Shown: positions 49,242 through 60,630, counted from the stretch's first letter. The stretch: 64,000 nucleotides of DNA from an uncultured Spirochaetota bacterium (GCA_963835575.1 CAWIGG010000002.1:832001-896000), one strand, 5' to 3'. Numbers and translations: made by a program. The notes: a model not told the origin generated them from the letters alone.

Positions 49242-50363
49242 ATGAAAAGTTTAGTTATTATACCCACTTTTAATGAATCTCAGAATATACTGCAAATTAT
49301 TCGGGAAGTATTAAAACAGAGAAACGATATATCTGTATTGATTGTTGATGACAGTTCACCTGATGGAACGGCCCAATTAGTTGAGAAATTGATGAAAAGG
49401 AATAAAAGAGTGCATTTACTGAAAAGAAGAAAAAAACAAGGCCTGGGAAGAGCTTATATAGCAGGGTTTAAATGGGGATTGGATAGCAAGGAAAACTTTA
49501 AATATTTCTTTGAAATGGATGCCGACTTTTCCCACGATCCCAATGAACTGCATTTATTTTTTGAAGCTATTGCAGAGGGCAATGATGTTGTCTGTGGTTC
49601 GCGATACATCCATGGAGTACGGGTTTTAAATTGGGATTTAAAACGTTTGATTTTAAGCGTAAGCGGTAATCTTTATGCCCGGCTGGCTACAGGGATAAAA
49701 ATGACCGACTTAACCGGGGGTTATAATTGTTACAGCAGAAAAGTTCTTGAAAATATCGGCCTGGAATCTATTAAATCTAACGGATATTCATTCCAGATTG
49801 AAATGAAGGCTAATTCGGTTTATAAAAAGTTTAAAGTGAAAGAAATTCCTATTATATTTCGCGACCGTTTTGAAGGCGTGACTAAGATGCATGGCGGTAT
49901 CATTAATGAAGCGCTGATTAAGTGCTGGCTGATACGTTTATCTGATTATAAGTCTTTCAGCTTTATTAAGTTTGGGATTGTGGGAGGATTGGGTACCATT
50001 ACAAACCTTATAATATTTTTTATAATGGCTGATAAATTACATTACCCTGTAAATTTAGTGGCTTGTATTTCCTTTTCAGTAGCAGTAACCCAAAACTATA
50101 TTCTAAATCATATCTGGACTTTCAGCCATAATACAAAAGAAAGAAAAATGAATTTGGTTGATTATGTTAAATTTATTTTAGTATCTCTTTTTGGTTTGGG
50201 TGTGAATTTAATTGTCTTAAACCTGATTCTTTTCTTTTTTGTTTTACCTTATAAAGTTATAGCTCAGCTTTGCGGCATTTTGGTTGGAATGTTATTGAAT
50301 TATTTTGGTTCAAAGTATCTTGTATTTAATAAAAAAAAAGAGCATATCAAATTAGTCAGATAG
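49242..50363 (+). CDS. Polyprenol monophosphomannose synthase-like GT2 fused to GtrA
   Basis: IIPTFNE, VDDSSPDGT, GLGRAY, EMDADFSHDP, GYSFQIEM; C-terminal KFGIVGG...NYILNHIWTF GtrA domain. Confidence 0.9.
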   Translation: MKSLVIIPTFNESQNILQIIREVLKQRNDISVLIVDDSSPDGTAQLVEKLMKRNKRVHLLKRRKKQGLGRAYIAGFKWGLDSKENFKYFFEMDADFSHDPNELHLFFEAIAEGNDVVCGSRYIHGVRVLNWDLKRLILSVSGNLYARLATGIKMTDLTGGYNCYSRKVLENIGLESIKSNGYSFQIEMKANSVYKKFKVKEIPIIFRDRFEGVTKMHGGIINEALIKCWLIRLSDYKSFSFIKFGIVGGLGTITNLIIFFIMADKLHYPVNLVACISFSVAVTQNYILNHIWTFSHNTKERKMNLVDYVKFILVSLFGLGVNLIVLNLILFFFVLPYKVIAQLCGILVGMLLNYFGSKYLVFNKKKEHIKLVR

Positions 50364-50374
50364 GGAGTAATGGT

Positions 50375-51286
50375 ATGCAATTAGCTCCTATTATTTTATT
50401 TGTTTATAATCGTCCGGATCATACAAAACGGACTGTCGAATCACTTTTAAAAAACGATTTTGCTCAGCAGAGTGATCTAATTATTTATTCCGATGCGGCT
50501 AAAAACAATAATAGTGAAAAAGCAGTGGCGGATGTCCGGGATTATATTAAAAGTATTAAAGGATTCCGATCGCTCAGGGTTATCGAACATGATAAAAATA
50601 TGGGGCTTGCGGATTCTATTATTTCAGGTGTTACTGAATCAGTAGGTCGATATGGAAAAGTGATTGTTCTTGAAGATGATATGGTGTCTTCACCGTATTT
50701 TATTAAGTATATGAATAATGCATTGGTTAAATATGAAAATGAAGATAAAGTGATCAGCATTCATGGATATATTTATCCTGTTAAGAAGGAATTACCCGAA
50801 ACATTTTTTATTCGCGGTGCTGACTGCTGGGGGTGGGCAACCTGGAAAAGAGGTTGGGATTTGTTCGAAGCTGATGGAAAGAAACTTTTACAGCAGCTTG
50901 TGGATAAAAAACTGGAAAGAGAATTTAACTTTAACGGTTCATATCCTTATCTGGATATGTTGAAAGGACAGATCGAAAGAAAAAACAATTCCTGGGCTAT
51001 ACGCTGGTATGCCTCGGCTTTTTTAAAAGATAAGCTGACTTTATATCCGGGAAAATCTCTTATACATAATATCGGCAATGATGAAAGCGGCACACATAGC
51101 ATGAGTACTGAATCATTTGCGGTTCAATTATCAGATGTGCCTTTGAATTTAACGGATGAGCCGATTATTGAAAATAAAAAAGCAAAAAAGATTCTAATTC
51201 AATATTTTCAATCTCTAAAAAGGAATAAGATCCAATTAATACTTAGTAAGGTTTTAAGATATTTTTTTAGGCAGAAAAATAAATGA
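50375..51286 (+). CDS. Glycosyltransferase (GT-A)
   Basis: APIILFVYNRPDHT, VIVLEDD, CWGWATW, NIG.D.SGTH. Confidence 0.85.
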   Translation: MQLAPIILFVYNRPDHTKRTVESLLKNDFAQQSDLIIYSDAAKNNNSEKAVADVRDYIKSIKGFRSLRVIEHDKNMGLADSIISGVTESVGRYGKVIVLEDDMVSSPYFIKYMNNALVKYENEDKVISIHGYIYPVKKELPETFFIRGADCWGWATWKRGWDLFEADGKKLLQQLVDKKLEREFNFNGSYPYLDMLKGQIERKNNSWAIRWYASAFLKDKLTLYPGKSLIHNIGNDESGTHSMSTESFAVQLSDVPLNLTDEPIIENKKAKKILIQYFQSLKRNKIQLILSKVLRYFFRQKNK

Positions 51287-52320
51287 ACAAGAATCAGATA
51301 ATATTAAAATTCTGGACTGATAAAAAATATGTGCCGACTGGAGTGAAATATATTTTTATGCTATATCCTTTCTGGGGTAATATTCCTGAACCGGATGGAT
51401 CACCTGATCAAAATAGATTTAAGGACTATTGTGATAATGGGAAAAAATATTTTAAAATTGTGCCTACCATCCGGGAAGCCGATTACTTGCTTTGTCCCAT
51501 CTCATATGAGATGAATATGGGGCGGGAAATTGCAAAAGAGTTTTCTGAATTGGCCGCAAAAAACAAAAAAAGATTTATTCTTTTTTTTAATAGTGATTCG
51601 GATGAAGAAATTATGCTGAAAAAAGCCATCATCTTTCGGACTTCATTTAATAAAAGTACCAGAAAGCCGAATGAATTCGCATTACCGGGATGGTCTCAAG
51701 ATTATATAAAGGAATTTTATAAGGGAATATTGCCAATCCGGAAAAAAGAAATTATGCCTGTAGTGGGGTATTGCGGTTACGGCAGGAGCTTTAAAAAATC
51801 AATGTTGCTATTCATATCATATTTAAGAGGAAAGCTTTTGATCAGTCGGTTTTATGATGCCCAGGCTCTCAGGGGGAGGGCATTGAATAAACTTTTAAAA
51901 AGACAGGACATATGCTCTAATTTTATCATCCGTAAAGATTTTTGGCGCGGTCAGGGTGATAAGAACAGATTGAGGAAAGATTTTATAAATAATCTGATAG
52001 GATCCGATTATATTCTAGTAACCAGAGGAATGGGTAATTTTTCATATCGTTTTTATGAAACTATAAGCTGTGGCAGGATACCTATTTTTATTAATACTGA
52101 TTCTGTATTACCGTTTGATCATATCATAGACTATAGAAAATATTGTGTATGGATAGAGGATAAAAATATAAACAAAATTGCCGATGTTTTACTTGAATTT
52201 CATCAGAAGATTACTTCTGAACAATTCCAAAAAAGACAAAAAGAAATAAGGGAACTTTACTTGGAATGGCTTAGCCCGACAGGGTTTTATAAAAACCTTT
52301 GGCGTTGTTTAAAAAACTAA
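51283..52320 (+). CDS. Exostosin-like (GT47) glycosyltransferase
   Basis: SDYILVTRGMGNFSYRFYETISCGRIPIFI...LPF. Confidence 0.78.
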   Translation: MNKNQIILKFWTDKKYVPTGVKYIFMLYPFWGNIPEPDGSPDQNRFKDYCDNGKKYFKIVPTIREADYLLCPISYEMNMGREIAKEFSELAAKNKKRFILFFNSDSDEEIMLKKAIIFRTSFNKSTRKPNEFALPGWSQDYIKEFYKGILPIRKKEIMPVVGYCGYGRSFKKSMLLFISYLRGKLLISRFYDAQALRGRALNKLLKRQDICSNFIIRKDFWRGQGDKNRLRKDFINNLIGSDYILVTRGMGNFSYRFYETISCGRIPIFINTDSVLPFDHIIDYRKYCVWIEDKNINKIADVLLEFHQKITSEQFQKRQKEIRELYLEWLSPTGFYKNLWRCLKN

Positions 52321-52329
52321 GGAATAAAT

Positions 52330-53133
52330 ATGAATAAAAATGATTTCCGTTCGTTTATCCGATTGATTGTTCCTCCAATATTTTATAAAATTATTAAAAA
52401 GAAAAAAAGTATCAAATTTTATAAAAATTGGAATGATGCATTAAGTAAGACATGTGGATATGATAATGCTTTGATTCTTGATAAAGTAAGAAATTCATTA
52501 TTGAAAGTCAAAAACGGCCAGGCGGTTTATGAAAGAGATTCGGTTTTATTTGATAAGATTCAATACTCGTGGCCGGTTTTATCAGCTTTGCTATGGTCAG
52601 CTTCCCTCAATAATAACCGGCTGAACCTGATCGATTATGGCGGGTCACTTGGGAGCAGTTATTTTCAAAATAGAAAATTCTTATCTCATATAGAAAATTT
52701 AAAATGGAATATTATTGAACAAAACAATTTTGTAGAAAACGGGAGAAAATACTTTGAGGACCAGAAACTTCGTTTCTATTTTAATATTGATGAATGTTTA
52801 TCTGAAAATAAAGTTCAATTGATATTATTTTCAAGTCTGCTGCAATACATATCCGAACCGTATAAAATAATCGATATGTTGAGCGACCATCCGATAGATA
52901 TAGTAGTTGTTGATAGAACCTCTTTTATTAACGGTAATGAAGATAAAATAACGATTCAGAAAGTTCCACAGGAAATATATAATGCTAGCTACCCGTTCTG
53001 GGTTTTTAATGAAAATAAATTTAAATCCGCCTTTTTAAAATATTATGATTTAATCACTGATTTTAATAATGATGATTACTTGGGTGAAGGAATTTGTTTT
53101 AAAGGTTTTATTTTTAAAAGGAGAAATGAATGA
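52330..53133 (+). CDS. Putative sugar methyltransferase (TIGR04325-like)
   Basis: YERDSVLFD, LIDYGGSLGSSYFQ, SSLLQY, IYNASYP. Confidence 0.78.
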   Translation: MNKNDFRSFIRLIVPPIFYKIIKKKKSIKFYKNWNDALSKTCGYDNALILDKVRNSLLKVKNGQAVYERDSVLFDKIQYSWPVLSALLWSASLNNNRLNLIDYGGSLGSSYFQNRKFLSHIENLKWNIIEQNNFVENGRKYFEDQKLRFYFNIDECLSENKVQLILFSSLLQYISEPYKIIDMLSDHPIDIVVVDRTSFINGNEDKITIQKVPQEIYNASYPFWVFNENKFKSAFLKYYDLITDFNNDDYLGEGICFKGFIFKRRNE

Positions 53134-53873
53134 AATCCAAAATCCGAAGTTTGATATCAAAACAGGATTTTCAACCCGGCATTATTGGACTATTTGTTAA
53201 TCCATTTTATTTTGCAAGAAGATCGTTATATAATAATATTAAAATGCTTTCAGATAGAATAACCGGTAAAGTTCTGGATGTGGGCTGCGGCAGGAAACCA
53301 TACCGCTCTTTGTTTAAGGAATGTTCTGAATATATTGGAATGGATATAGAACAATCCGGCCACGATCATTCGCAGGAACAGATCGATGTATATTATGATG
53401 GAAAAACTTTCCCATTCCCGGCAGAGCAATTCGATTCAGTAATCTGTATCCAGGTTCTGGAACATGTCCTGACTCCTATTGATTTTATAAGGGAGATTAA
53501 CAGGGTTTTAAAAAAAAACGGTCTATTTATATTGACAGTTCCGTTTATCTGGGATGAGCATGAACAGCCATACGATTATTTTCGCTATACTTCTTTTGGA
53601 ATCCGGCAGATAATAGAGCAAAATGGCTTTGAAGTTTTAGAGCAAAGGAAGTCTTTGAACAATATCCGGACCATCTTCCAGCTTTTCAATGCATATATGT
53701 TTAAGAAATCGATGGGAATCCGCCGAATTTCTATAATTCATTGGGTTATTACTTTTCTTCTGTTTATGCCGTCCAATCTGATCGGTCAGATCCTGTACTA
53801 TATTACTCCGAAGAATAATGACCTTTATTTAGATAATATTTTATTGTTGAAGAAGAGCAATAATGTCGAATAA
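53130..53873 (+). CDS. Class I SAM-dependent methyltransferase
   Basis: VLDVGCG..PY, QVLEHV, HEQPYDYFRYT. Confidence 0.9.
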   Translation: MKSKIRSLISKQDFQPGIIGLFVNPFYFARRSLYNNIKMLSDRITGKVLDVGCGRKPYRSLFKECSEYIGMDIEQSGHDHSQEQIDVYYDGKTFPFPAEQFDSVICIQVLEHVLTPIDFIREINRVLKKNGLFILTVPFIWDEHEQPYDYFRYTSFGIRQIIEQNGFEVLEQRKSLNNIRTIFQLFNAYMFKKSMGIRRISIIHWVITFLLFMPSNLIGQILYYITPKNNDLYLDNILLLKKSNNVE

Positions 53874-54870
53874 TGATTTTATTTTCTGCACTTTGTTTGA
53901 TTCTCATTACTTATCGCGTGGTCTGGCTCTCTATGAATCCCTCAGTAGGCATTGTCAGGAGTTTCATTTGTATATCTTCGCTTTTGATGAAGTTACTGAA
54001 AAAGTACTGAGAAAAATGACATTAAGGAATGCCACTATTATCTCTTTAAAGGAGTTTGAAGACTCTGAATTGCTTAAAATAAAATCCTCACGGACGAAAA
54101 GGGAGTATTGCTGGACATCTACTCCATCAGTAATACTATATGTTTTGGAAAGATATAATGTTTCCTTTTGCACCTACCTTGATGCGGATTTATACTTTTT
54201 CAATTCTCCCCGGGCAATTTTTGAAGAAATGGGTAATAATTCTATTCTGATTACCGAACATCGGTATACAAAAAAATATGATCAAACGGCTGTATCAGGA
54301 AAATATTGTGTCCAATATGTGACTTTCCGGAATAATGAGCAAGGGCTGAAAGTTCTTCGCTGGTGGAGGAATGCCTGCCTGGATTGGTGTTATGCGAGGG
54401 TAGAAGATGGAAAATTCGGCGATCAGAAATATCTGGACAATTGGACAACCCGCTTTAAGGGTGTGCATGAGCTCCAGAATCCCGGCGGGGGTACGGCTCC
54501 CTGGAATGTCCAGCAGTACAAAACATTTGTCAAAAAAGGCGAAGTATTCGGCAGGGAGAAAACGACCGGCAGAATATTTCCCATAGTCTTTTTTCATTTT
54601 CATTATCTGCGTTTTTTTAATGACGGAACTTTGACGCTGGGGGATTATCAATTGAACAATGCTGTCAGACATTATATTTATTATCCTTATGTCAGGCATC
54701 TGGAGAAGATTAAGCGGGAGATAGCGGAAATAGATCCTTCTTTTGATCCTCATGGGGCTCTTTCCAGACCGGCAGAAAGGTATAAAGGCGGGCTCTTATT
54801 ACTAAAGAACTTGAAAAAAAGATTGACAGGCAGTTATAATATCGTGAGCCTGAAAAAAGTATTGGAGTGA
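53863..54870 (+). CDS. Putative glycosyltransferase
   Basis: FCTLFDS.YL.RGL, YLDADLYFF, FGDQKYLD.W, APWN, FFHFH. Confidence 0.75.
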   Translation: MSNNDFIFCTLFDSHYLSRGLALYESLSRHCQEFHLYIFAFDEVTEKVLRKMTLRNATIISLKEFEDSELLKIKSSRTKREYCWTSTPSVILYVLERYNVSFCTYLDADLYFFNSPRAIFEEMGNNSILITEHRYTKKYDQTAVSGKYCVQYVTFRNNEQGLKVLRWWRNACLDWCYARVEDGKFGDQKYLDNWTTRFKGVHELQNPGGGTAPWNVQQYKTFVKKGEVFGREKTTGRIFPIVFFHFHYLRFFNDGTLTLGDYQLNNAVRHYIYYPYVRHLEKIKREIAEIDPSFDPHGALSRPAERYKGGLLLLKNLKKRLTGSYNIVSLKKVLE

Positions 54871-54873
54871 GTT

Positions 54874-55245
54874 TTGGCCTCTTTAATTAAGTTAAAAACC
54901 TTCTCGGATAAGCGCGGCAGTTTGACTGTGATTGAAAAAGTCCTTCCCTTTGAAATAAAGAGAATATATTATATTTACGGCGTACCTTCTGAATCGTTAG
55001 ACCGCGGCGGTCATAAACATAAGATTACACGGCAGGCGCTGATATGCGTATCCGGCTCCTGCGTAATTACCAATAATGACGGAAACGGCAGGAAGGATTA
55101 TCCCTTGGATAGTCCTGATAAATGCCTGATACTGGATCCGCAGGATTTTCACAGTATGCACCATTTTTCAAAAGATGCGGTCCTATTGGTACTGGCTTCG
55201 GAATATTTTGATGCTGAGGACTATCTTGATGAGGATTACCCATGA
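54874..55245 (+). CDS. FdtA/QdtA-family dTDP-sugar 3,4-ketoisomerase (cupin)
   Basis: [34 protein letters not shown]. Confidence 0.9.
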   Translation: MASLIKLKTFSDKRGSLTVIEKVLPFEIKRIYYIYGVPSESLDRGGHKHKITRQALICVSGSCVITNNDGNGRKDYPLDSPDKCLILDPQDFHSMHHFSKDAVLLVLASEYFDAEDYLDEDYP

Positions 55246-56327
55246 TTGATTATGAAAACCTGGGTAAGCTGAACCGTCCTTTCTTTAAGGAGTATATTAA
55301 ATCATTCCGGGAAACGCTGGAAAGCGGCTGGTACATTCTCGGTAAAAATGTCGGGAAGTTTGAGAAAGAATTCGCTGAATACAACCAAAACAGTTTCTGC
55401 GTAGGCCTTGCCTCCGGGCTGGATGCTTTAATACTGGCTCTGGATGCCTTCCATTTCGCGCAGGGCTCTGAAGTGATTGTCCCCTCGAATACCTATATAG
55501 CAACTATCATCGCTGTGCTGAGGGCCGGTCTGAAGCCGGTGCTGGTGGAGCCGGATATAAGGACATACAATATTAACCCGGATAAAATCGAGGAAAAAAT
55601 AGGGCCGAATACAAGGGCTTTGCTGATCGTGCATTTGTACGGTAAGTCCTGCGATATGGGACCGGTAATGGATATTGTAAAAAAACACGGTTTAAAACTC
55701 ATCGAAGACTGTGCACAATCGCATGGTGCTAAGTATAAGGGTAAAAATACCGGGGCTTTCGGCGATTTCGGGGCGTTTAGTTTTTACCCGACTAAAAACC
55801 TTGGGGCATTGGGCGACGCCGGGGCAGTGGTTACAGATGATGAAAAACTGGCTGAAATAATAATCAAACTCAGGAATTATGGATCGAAAGTGAAATATCA
55901 AAACGATTTAGTGGGTTATAATTCCCGCCTGGATGAAATACAGGCCGGTTTTTTATCGGTGAAGCTCAGGAAGCTGGATGAGATAAATATACACAAGAGG
56001 AAACTGGCCTCGATTTACATGCAGAATCTGAAAGAGGATTTTATCAAACCGGTTGTCCATCCCGATTTCTTTGATGTTTATCACATTTTTAATATCCGTC
56101 ACACGAAACGAGACCAGCTGAAAGAATATCTTTTAAAAAATGATATCAAAACGGACATCCATTATCCGATTTCACCTAATAAACAAAAAGCGATGATCGG
56201 CATATTGGACAATATTCCATGCCCTGTCTCAGAGGAAATTCACAGGACAACGCTCAGCCTTCCTGTTTCATATTTTCATACCGAAAAAGATATCCATCGG
56301 GTGATTGATGTCTTGAATAAATTTTAA
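55242..56327 (+). CDS. DegT/FdtB-family sugar aminotransferase
   Basis: [38 protein letters not shown]. Confidence 0.93.
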   Translation: MIDYENLGKLNRPFFKEYIKSFRETLESGWYILGKNVGKFEKEFAEYNQNSFCVGLASGLDALILALDAFHFAQGSEVIVPSNTYIATIIAVLRAGLKPVLVEPDIRTYNINPDKIEEKIGPNTRALLIVHLYGKSCDMGPVMDIVKKHGLKLIEDCAQSHGAKYKGKNTGAFGDFGAFSFYPTKNLGALGDAGAVVTDDEKLAEIIIKLRNYGSKVKYQNDLVGYNSRLDEIQAGFLSVKLRKLDEINIHKRKLASIYMQNLKEDFIKPVVHPDFFDVYHIFNIRHTKRDQLKEYLLKNDIKTDIHYPISPNKQKAMIGILDNIPCPVSEEIHRTTLSLPVSYFHTEKDIHRVIDVLNKF

Positions 56328-56340
56328 ACAAGGGATATGA

Positions 56341-57102
56341 ATGAATTCAAAAACTAAAAATCCCTCTCAGTCCGGCAGGCCGCTGGTATCTATTATCACC
56401 GTTGTCTATAACGGCGCAAAGACTCTCGAACAGACTATTCAAAGCGTGATAAGCCAGACTTACAAAAACATCGAGTATATTGTGATCGACGGCGGTTCCA
56501 GCGATGGTACGCTGGACATTATTAAGAAATATGAAGACCGGATAACTTATTGGGTGAGCGGGCCCGACAGCGGGATTTATGACGCGATGAACAAGGGCAT
56601 CCGGAAAAGTCATGGAGAAATTATCGGGATCATTAATAGTGATGATTATTATGAGAAGGAAACTGCGGCGGCTGTTGTTAATGAATTTAAGGCTCATCCT
56701 GATACCGTGATATATGGGCTTCTACGGTATATTAAAGACGGCCGGGAATTGATGGTAATGGCCCATCACCATGATTATCTCAGGCAGTTTATGATCCCGC
56801 ACCCGGCCAGTTTTGTACCGAAGGCTTTGTATGACCGTTACGGCCTGTTTAATCTGAAATATAGTTATTGTGCGGATTATGATTTTATGCTGAGGTTATT
56901 TGAAAGCCATGTCCCGTTTATCAGGATAGACCGGGTTTTGGCCAACTTTCGGACGGACGGGGTCTCTTCTTCATTGAAATCAGTTCTGGAGAATTACAGG
57001 ATTTTAAAAGAGCATGGAGTAATTTCATCCCGAAAATCATTATTTTTAACCGTTAGAGCTTTCATCAGTCATTATATAAAGAAGTTCTTCAGGCTGGCAT
57101 AA
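56341..57102 (+). CDS. GT2 glycosyltransferase
   Basis: SIITVVYN, IDGGSSDGT, GIYDAMNKG, INSDD, ADYDF. Confidence 0.93.
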   Translation: MNSKTKNPSQSGRPLVSIITVVYNGAKTLEQTIQSVISQTYKNIEYIVIDGGSSDGTLDIIKKYEDRITYWVSGPDSGIYDAMNKGIRKSHGEIIGIINSDDYYEKETAAAVVNEFKAHPDTVIYGLLRYIKDGRELMVMAHHHDYLRQFMIPHPASFVPKALYDRYGLFNLKYSYCADYDFMLRLFESHVPFIRIDRVLANFRTDGVSSSLKSVLENYRILKEHGVISSRKSLFLTVRAFISHYIKKFFRLA

Positions 57103-57155
57103 CAGAAAAATTGCAGTTTGATGCGCTTTATTTTAGATTCCCAGAGGTGTTATTT

Positions 57156-58169
57156 ATGAATGTCGCGATTGTAACGGCTCTTAATGACGGCGTTGGCGGC
57201 GTGGAAACGGTCAACCGACAGTTGAAAAGTCTTTTTGAGTCGGAAGGGCACAAGGTGGACATCATTTCTGTCGATAAAAACCCCGGTGTCTGGGTGAACC
57301 CTCTTTATAAAGCGCTCTTAGGCAAACCTTATATGACCTCTGTGTTTTTTAAAGCGGCTGAAAAAAATTATGATATTGTTATCTGCAACGGAGAGTATGG
57401 CTTCGGCATAAATCACGCTAAAAGCATTGTTGTTTTCCATATGTCATATCTCGGTTACAGGAAAAGCCTTAAGAAAGGACTATCATTTAAAAACTACCTG
57501 GGTTTGACCAGGGGGATTGTACTTCAGAACCTTGGTTCCAGAGGAAAGATTGTTGTGGCGGTTTCCGAGTTTCTGAAAAGCAATCTGGAAAAACAGGGGA
57601 TTAAAACGGATTTAGTTATTCCCAATGCCGTGGATACGGATTATTTCCGCCCGGATCCTGCTGCAGTAAGAAATGGCCGGGGTCTCTTTGTCGGACGCTA
57701 TGATCCCTACGCTAAAGGGTTTGATATTCTTGAAAAAATAGCGGATAAAGGCTTTCCGCTGGACTGCGTTACTTCTGAAAGACCTTCCGGAAAGTTGAAC
57801 TGGCTTGGCGAGATCGATTACAATGAACTACCCGGAATCTATAATCGTTATCAATACCTTGTTTTTCCTTCCCGCTATGAATCCTTCGGTTTAGTACCGA
57901 TAGAAGCCATGGCCTGCGGCCTGCCCGTTGTAATCAGTGATGTTGGAATGGCCTGGGAACTCAAACGGGAAATACCCGAATTCGTGGTTGACGGCTGGGG
58001 AGATAATGCGGACGATCTTTATATCAAGCGCATTCAAACTATCCAATCGGATTGGAATGCTTATTCCGCAAGGGCCAGGGATTTTACCGTTAAGCATTAC
58101 AGCAGTGCTGTTTTTAAGGAAAAATGGCTGGATTTGATTAACAGGATATCTGGACACTCCACACTTTGA
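57156..58169 (+). CDS. GT4 glycosyltransferase
   Basis: GGVE, VIPNAVD, PSRYESFGLVPIEAMACG. Confidence 0.92.
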   Translation: MNVAIVTALNDGVGGVETVNRQLKSLFESEGHKVDIISVDKNPGVWVNPLYKALLGKPYMTSVFFKAAEKNYDIVICNGEYGFGINHAKSIVVFHMSYLGYRKSLKKGLSFKNYLGLTRGIVLQNLGSRGKIVVAVSEFLKSNLEKQGIKTDLVIPNAVDTDYFRPDPAAVRNGRGLFVGRYDPYAKGFDILEKIADKGFPLDCVTSERPSGKLNWLGEIDYNELPGIYNRYQYLVFPSRYESFGLVPIEAMACGLPVVISDVGMAWELKREIPEFVVDGWGDNADDLYIKRIQTIQSDWNAYSARARDFTVKHYSSAVFKEKWLDLINRISGHSTL

Positions 58170-58184
58170 CAGACGAATTTAAGG

Positions 58185-59264
58185 ATGATCAGTATGGAAA
58201 AGAAAAAAATTCTTTATGTCACATCCCACCTTCCTTCCTACCGTTTTCCCCAGGCCGGGCATAAGACAGCCCGCATGCTGTTGGAAGAAGCTGCCGGGAT
58301 GTATGAGGTTTATCTTATAGCTTTTGTTAATTCAGAAGAGAAAAAATGGCTGAAGAGCGAAGATTTTTTTTTATGCCGCGAAAGCCATTTCATACCGGTG
58401 ACTCAATTTTCACGTTTGATTTCCATTCTTACGCATCCTTTTCTTCCTTTCAATACGGCCCTGCGAGCGGATTTTTCCGCGGTCAGGCTGATCAGGAAAT
58501 TGATAAAAAGAGTATCTTTTGAAAAAGCTCATTTTGAATTTACCGCGGCCGCGTATTACCGGCAATGGATTCCCGGGGGAATTTCCTGCACGTTAAGCGA
58601 ACATGACGTAACTTATCAAACTTTTGAACGAAAGAGAAACCAGACTTCAGGTTTGCTGAAAATCCTGTATGATTTTGAATATAGGCGGCAAAAATCCTGG
58701 GAACTGAATGTTTTACAAAGATTTGATGAAATCATCCTTCATAATTCCAAAGACCGCGGCCTTCTGGTTAATGATGGGATTGCTTCTTCAAAACTAAGGG
58801 TGATTTTTCCTTATGTCAACCCGGTTTTTAAAACTGTCCGGCGGGATTTGAAGGAGAAACACACGATTCTTTTTTGGGGGGCTATGGGCCGCCGGGAAAA
58901 TAGCGATGCTGTGGGCTGGTTTCTCACAGATATCTTCCCGCATATTCAAAAAGAAGTTCCTGACGCAAAGCTTTTGGTGGTAGGCTCAAATCCTCCGGAA
59001 TGGCTGCGGCAAATGGCATCGGAAAATATCATTGTTACCGGCTTTGTAGAAGACCCTGTGCCCTATTTTGAGAGGGCGCGGATCGCTATTGCGCCTCTCC
59101 GGCTGGGCGCGGGTATTAAGGTTAAAGTGCTGGAGTGCCTTTCGGCAGGCATTCCAGTCGTGGCAACTGATATTGGCGCAGAAGGAATAGAAAAATGTAC
59201 GAACTTGACAGTTGAGAACGATCCGGTAAATTTTGCCCTGGAAATCTTGAAACTTTTAAGATAA
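58185..59264 (+). CDS. GT4 glycosyltransferase
   Basis: N.DAV.WF, APLRLGAGIKVKVLE...G.PVVATDIGAEGI. Confidence 0.9.
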   Translation: MISMEKKKILYVTSHLPSYRFPQAGHKTARMLLEEAAGMYEVYLIAFVNSEEKKWLKSEDFFLCRESHFIPVTQFSRLISILTHPFLPFNTALRADFSAVRLIRKLIKRVSFEKAHFEFTAAAYYRQWIPGGISCTLSEHDVTYQTFERKRNQTSGLLKILYDFEYRRQKSWELNVLQRFDEIILHNSKDRGLLVNDGIASSKLRVIFPYVNPVFKTVRRDLKEKHTILFWGAMGRRENSDAVGWFLTDIFPHIQKEVPDAKLLVVGSNPPEWLRQMASENIIVTGFVEDPVPYFERARIAIAPLRLGAGIKVKVLECLSAGIPVVATDIGAEGIEKCTNLTVENDPVNFALEILKLLR

Positions 59265-59318
59265 AGGCCGTTTGTTGAATTAAAATTGATAGACTAACTT
59301 CTGATTGTCAGAAGTGAT

Positions 59319-60365
59319 TTATTTATGTTCCAGGTCATAACGGACCATGATTTTAATTAAATCCTCAAAAGAAGTCTGTGTCGGGTTCCATCCAAGCTTT
59401 TTTCTGGCTTTTGACGGATCTCCGAGAAGAAGATCTACTTCGGTGGGGCGGAAATACTGAGGGTCTATTTCTATTAATACTTTTCCTGTCTTTTTATTAA
59501 TACCTTTTTCTTCAACGCCTTTTCCTTTCCATTCAATCTCTATTCCCGCTTCGCGGAAAGCTAATGTAGTAAATTCCCTGACCGTATGAGTTTCACCGGT
59601 AGCTATGACAAAATCCTCCGGTTCCGGCTGCTGCAGAATGAGCCACATACATTCGACGTAATCCCTCGCGTATCCCCAGTCGCGCTTGGCGTCCATATTG
59701 CCCAGGTAGAGTTTTTCCTGTTTCCCTTTTAAAATCCTGCCTATAGCCATGGTTATTTTTCTGGTCACAAAGGTTTCGCCCCTTCGTTCTGATTCATGGT
59801 TGAAAAGAATGCCGTTGCAGGCATAGATGCCGTAAGCTTCCCGGTAATTCTTTGTGATCCAGTATGCGTAAAGCTTGGCGACACCGTAGGGGCTTCTCGG
59901 ATAAAAAGGGGTATTTTCATTTTGGGGTGTTTCCTGCACAAGGCCGTACAATTCGGATGTGGAAGCCTGGTAAATCCTTGTCTTTTTCTCTAAACCCAGT
60001 AAACGGACCGCTTCCAGAAGCCTCAGGGTGCCGACACCGTCAACTTCAGCCGTATATTCGGGGACTTCAAAAGAAACTTTGACATGCGATTGAGCGGCCA
60101 GGTTGTAAATCTCATCCGGTTCAATCTGCTTGATTAGGCGGATCAAGTTGCTCGAATCCGTCATATCCCCGTAATGCAGTTTGATCTTCCTGTCTTTATG
60201 AAAATCTTTTATCAGTTCGTCTAAATAAAGATGCTCAATCCGGGCGAGATTAAAATAGGAGCTTCTCCGGATTATTCCATGGACATCATAGCCTTTTTTT
60301 ATAAGGAATTCGGCTAAAAAAGAACCGTCCTGGCCGTTAATGCCTGTAATAAGTGCTTTTTTCAT
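59319..60365 (-). CDS. gmd: GDP-mannose 4,6-dehydratase
   Basis: [52 protein letters not shown]. Confidence 0.98.
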   Translation of the reverse strand: MKKALITGINGQDGSFLAEFLIKKGYDVHGIIRRSSYFNLARIEHLYLDELIKDFHKDRKIKLHYGDMTDSSNLIRLIKQIEPDEIYNLAAQSHVKVSFEVPEYTAEVDGVGTLRLLEAVRLLGLEKKTRIYQASTSELYGLVQETPQNENTPFYPRSPYGVAKLYAYWITKNYREAYGIYACNGILFNHESERRGETFVTRKITMAIGRILKGKQEKLYLGNMDAKRDWGYARDYVECMWLILQQPEPEDFVIATGETHTVREFTTLAFREAGIEIEWKGKGVEEKGINKKTGKVLIEIDPQYFRPTEVDLLLGDPSKARKKLGWNPTQTSFEDLIKIMVRYDLEHK

Positions 60366-60593
60366 AACTTACTCCAATAATCAATTATTATAGATGAAAA
60401 ACGATGAAATCGCTAATAATTGATTTGATTTTAAGACTCGAACAATATCATTTTTATTGTAATTTTAGACTTTTTAAGTTTATATTTGAATTCTATTTAA
60501 GCCCTGCCTGACGTCCGGCTTAATTGACGTTAAATGCTATCAAGGAGTGGTTTCAGAAGTGTGAGGGACAATGAAGGTTGATAAGAGGTAACA

Positions 60594-60630
60594 AGAGACT
60601 AGCGACTAGATAATCAGCGACTAGATAATC
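60594..60630 (+). repeat. CTAG-heptamer-based short tandem repeat
   Basis: agcgactagataatc x2 (60601-60630); agagactagcgactaga matches 62729-62745 at 16 of 17 positions. Confidence 0.7.
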
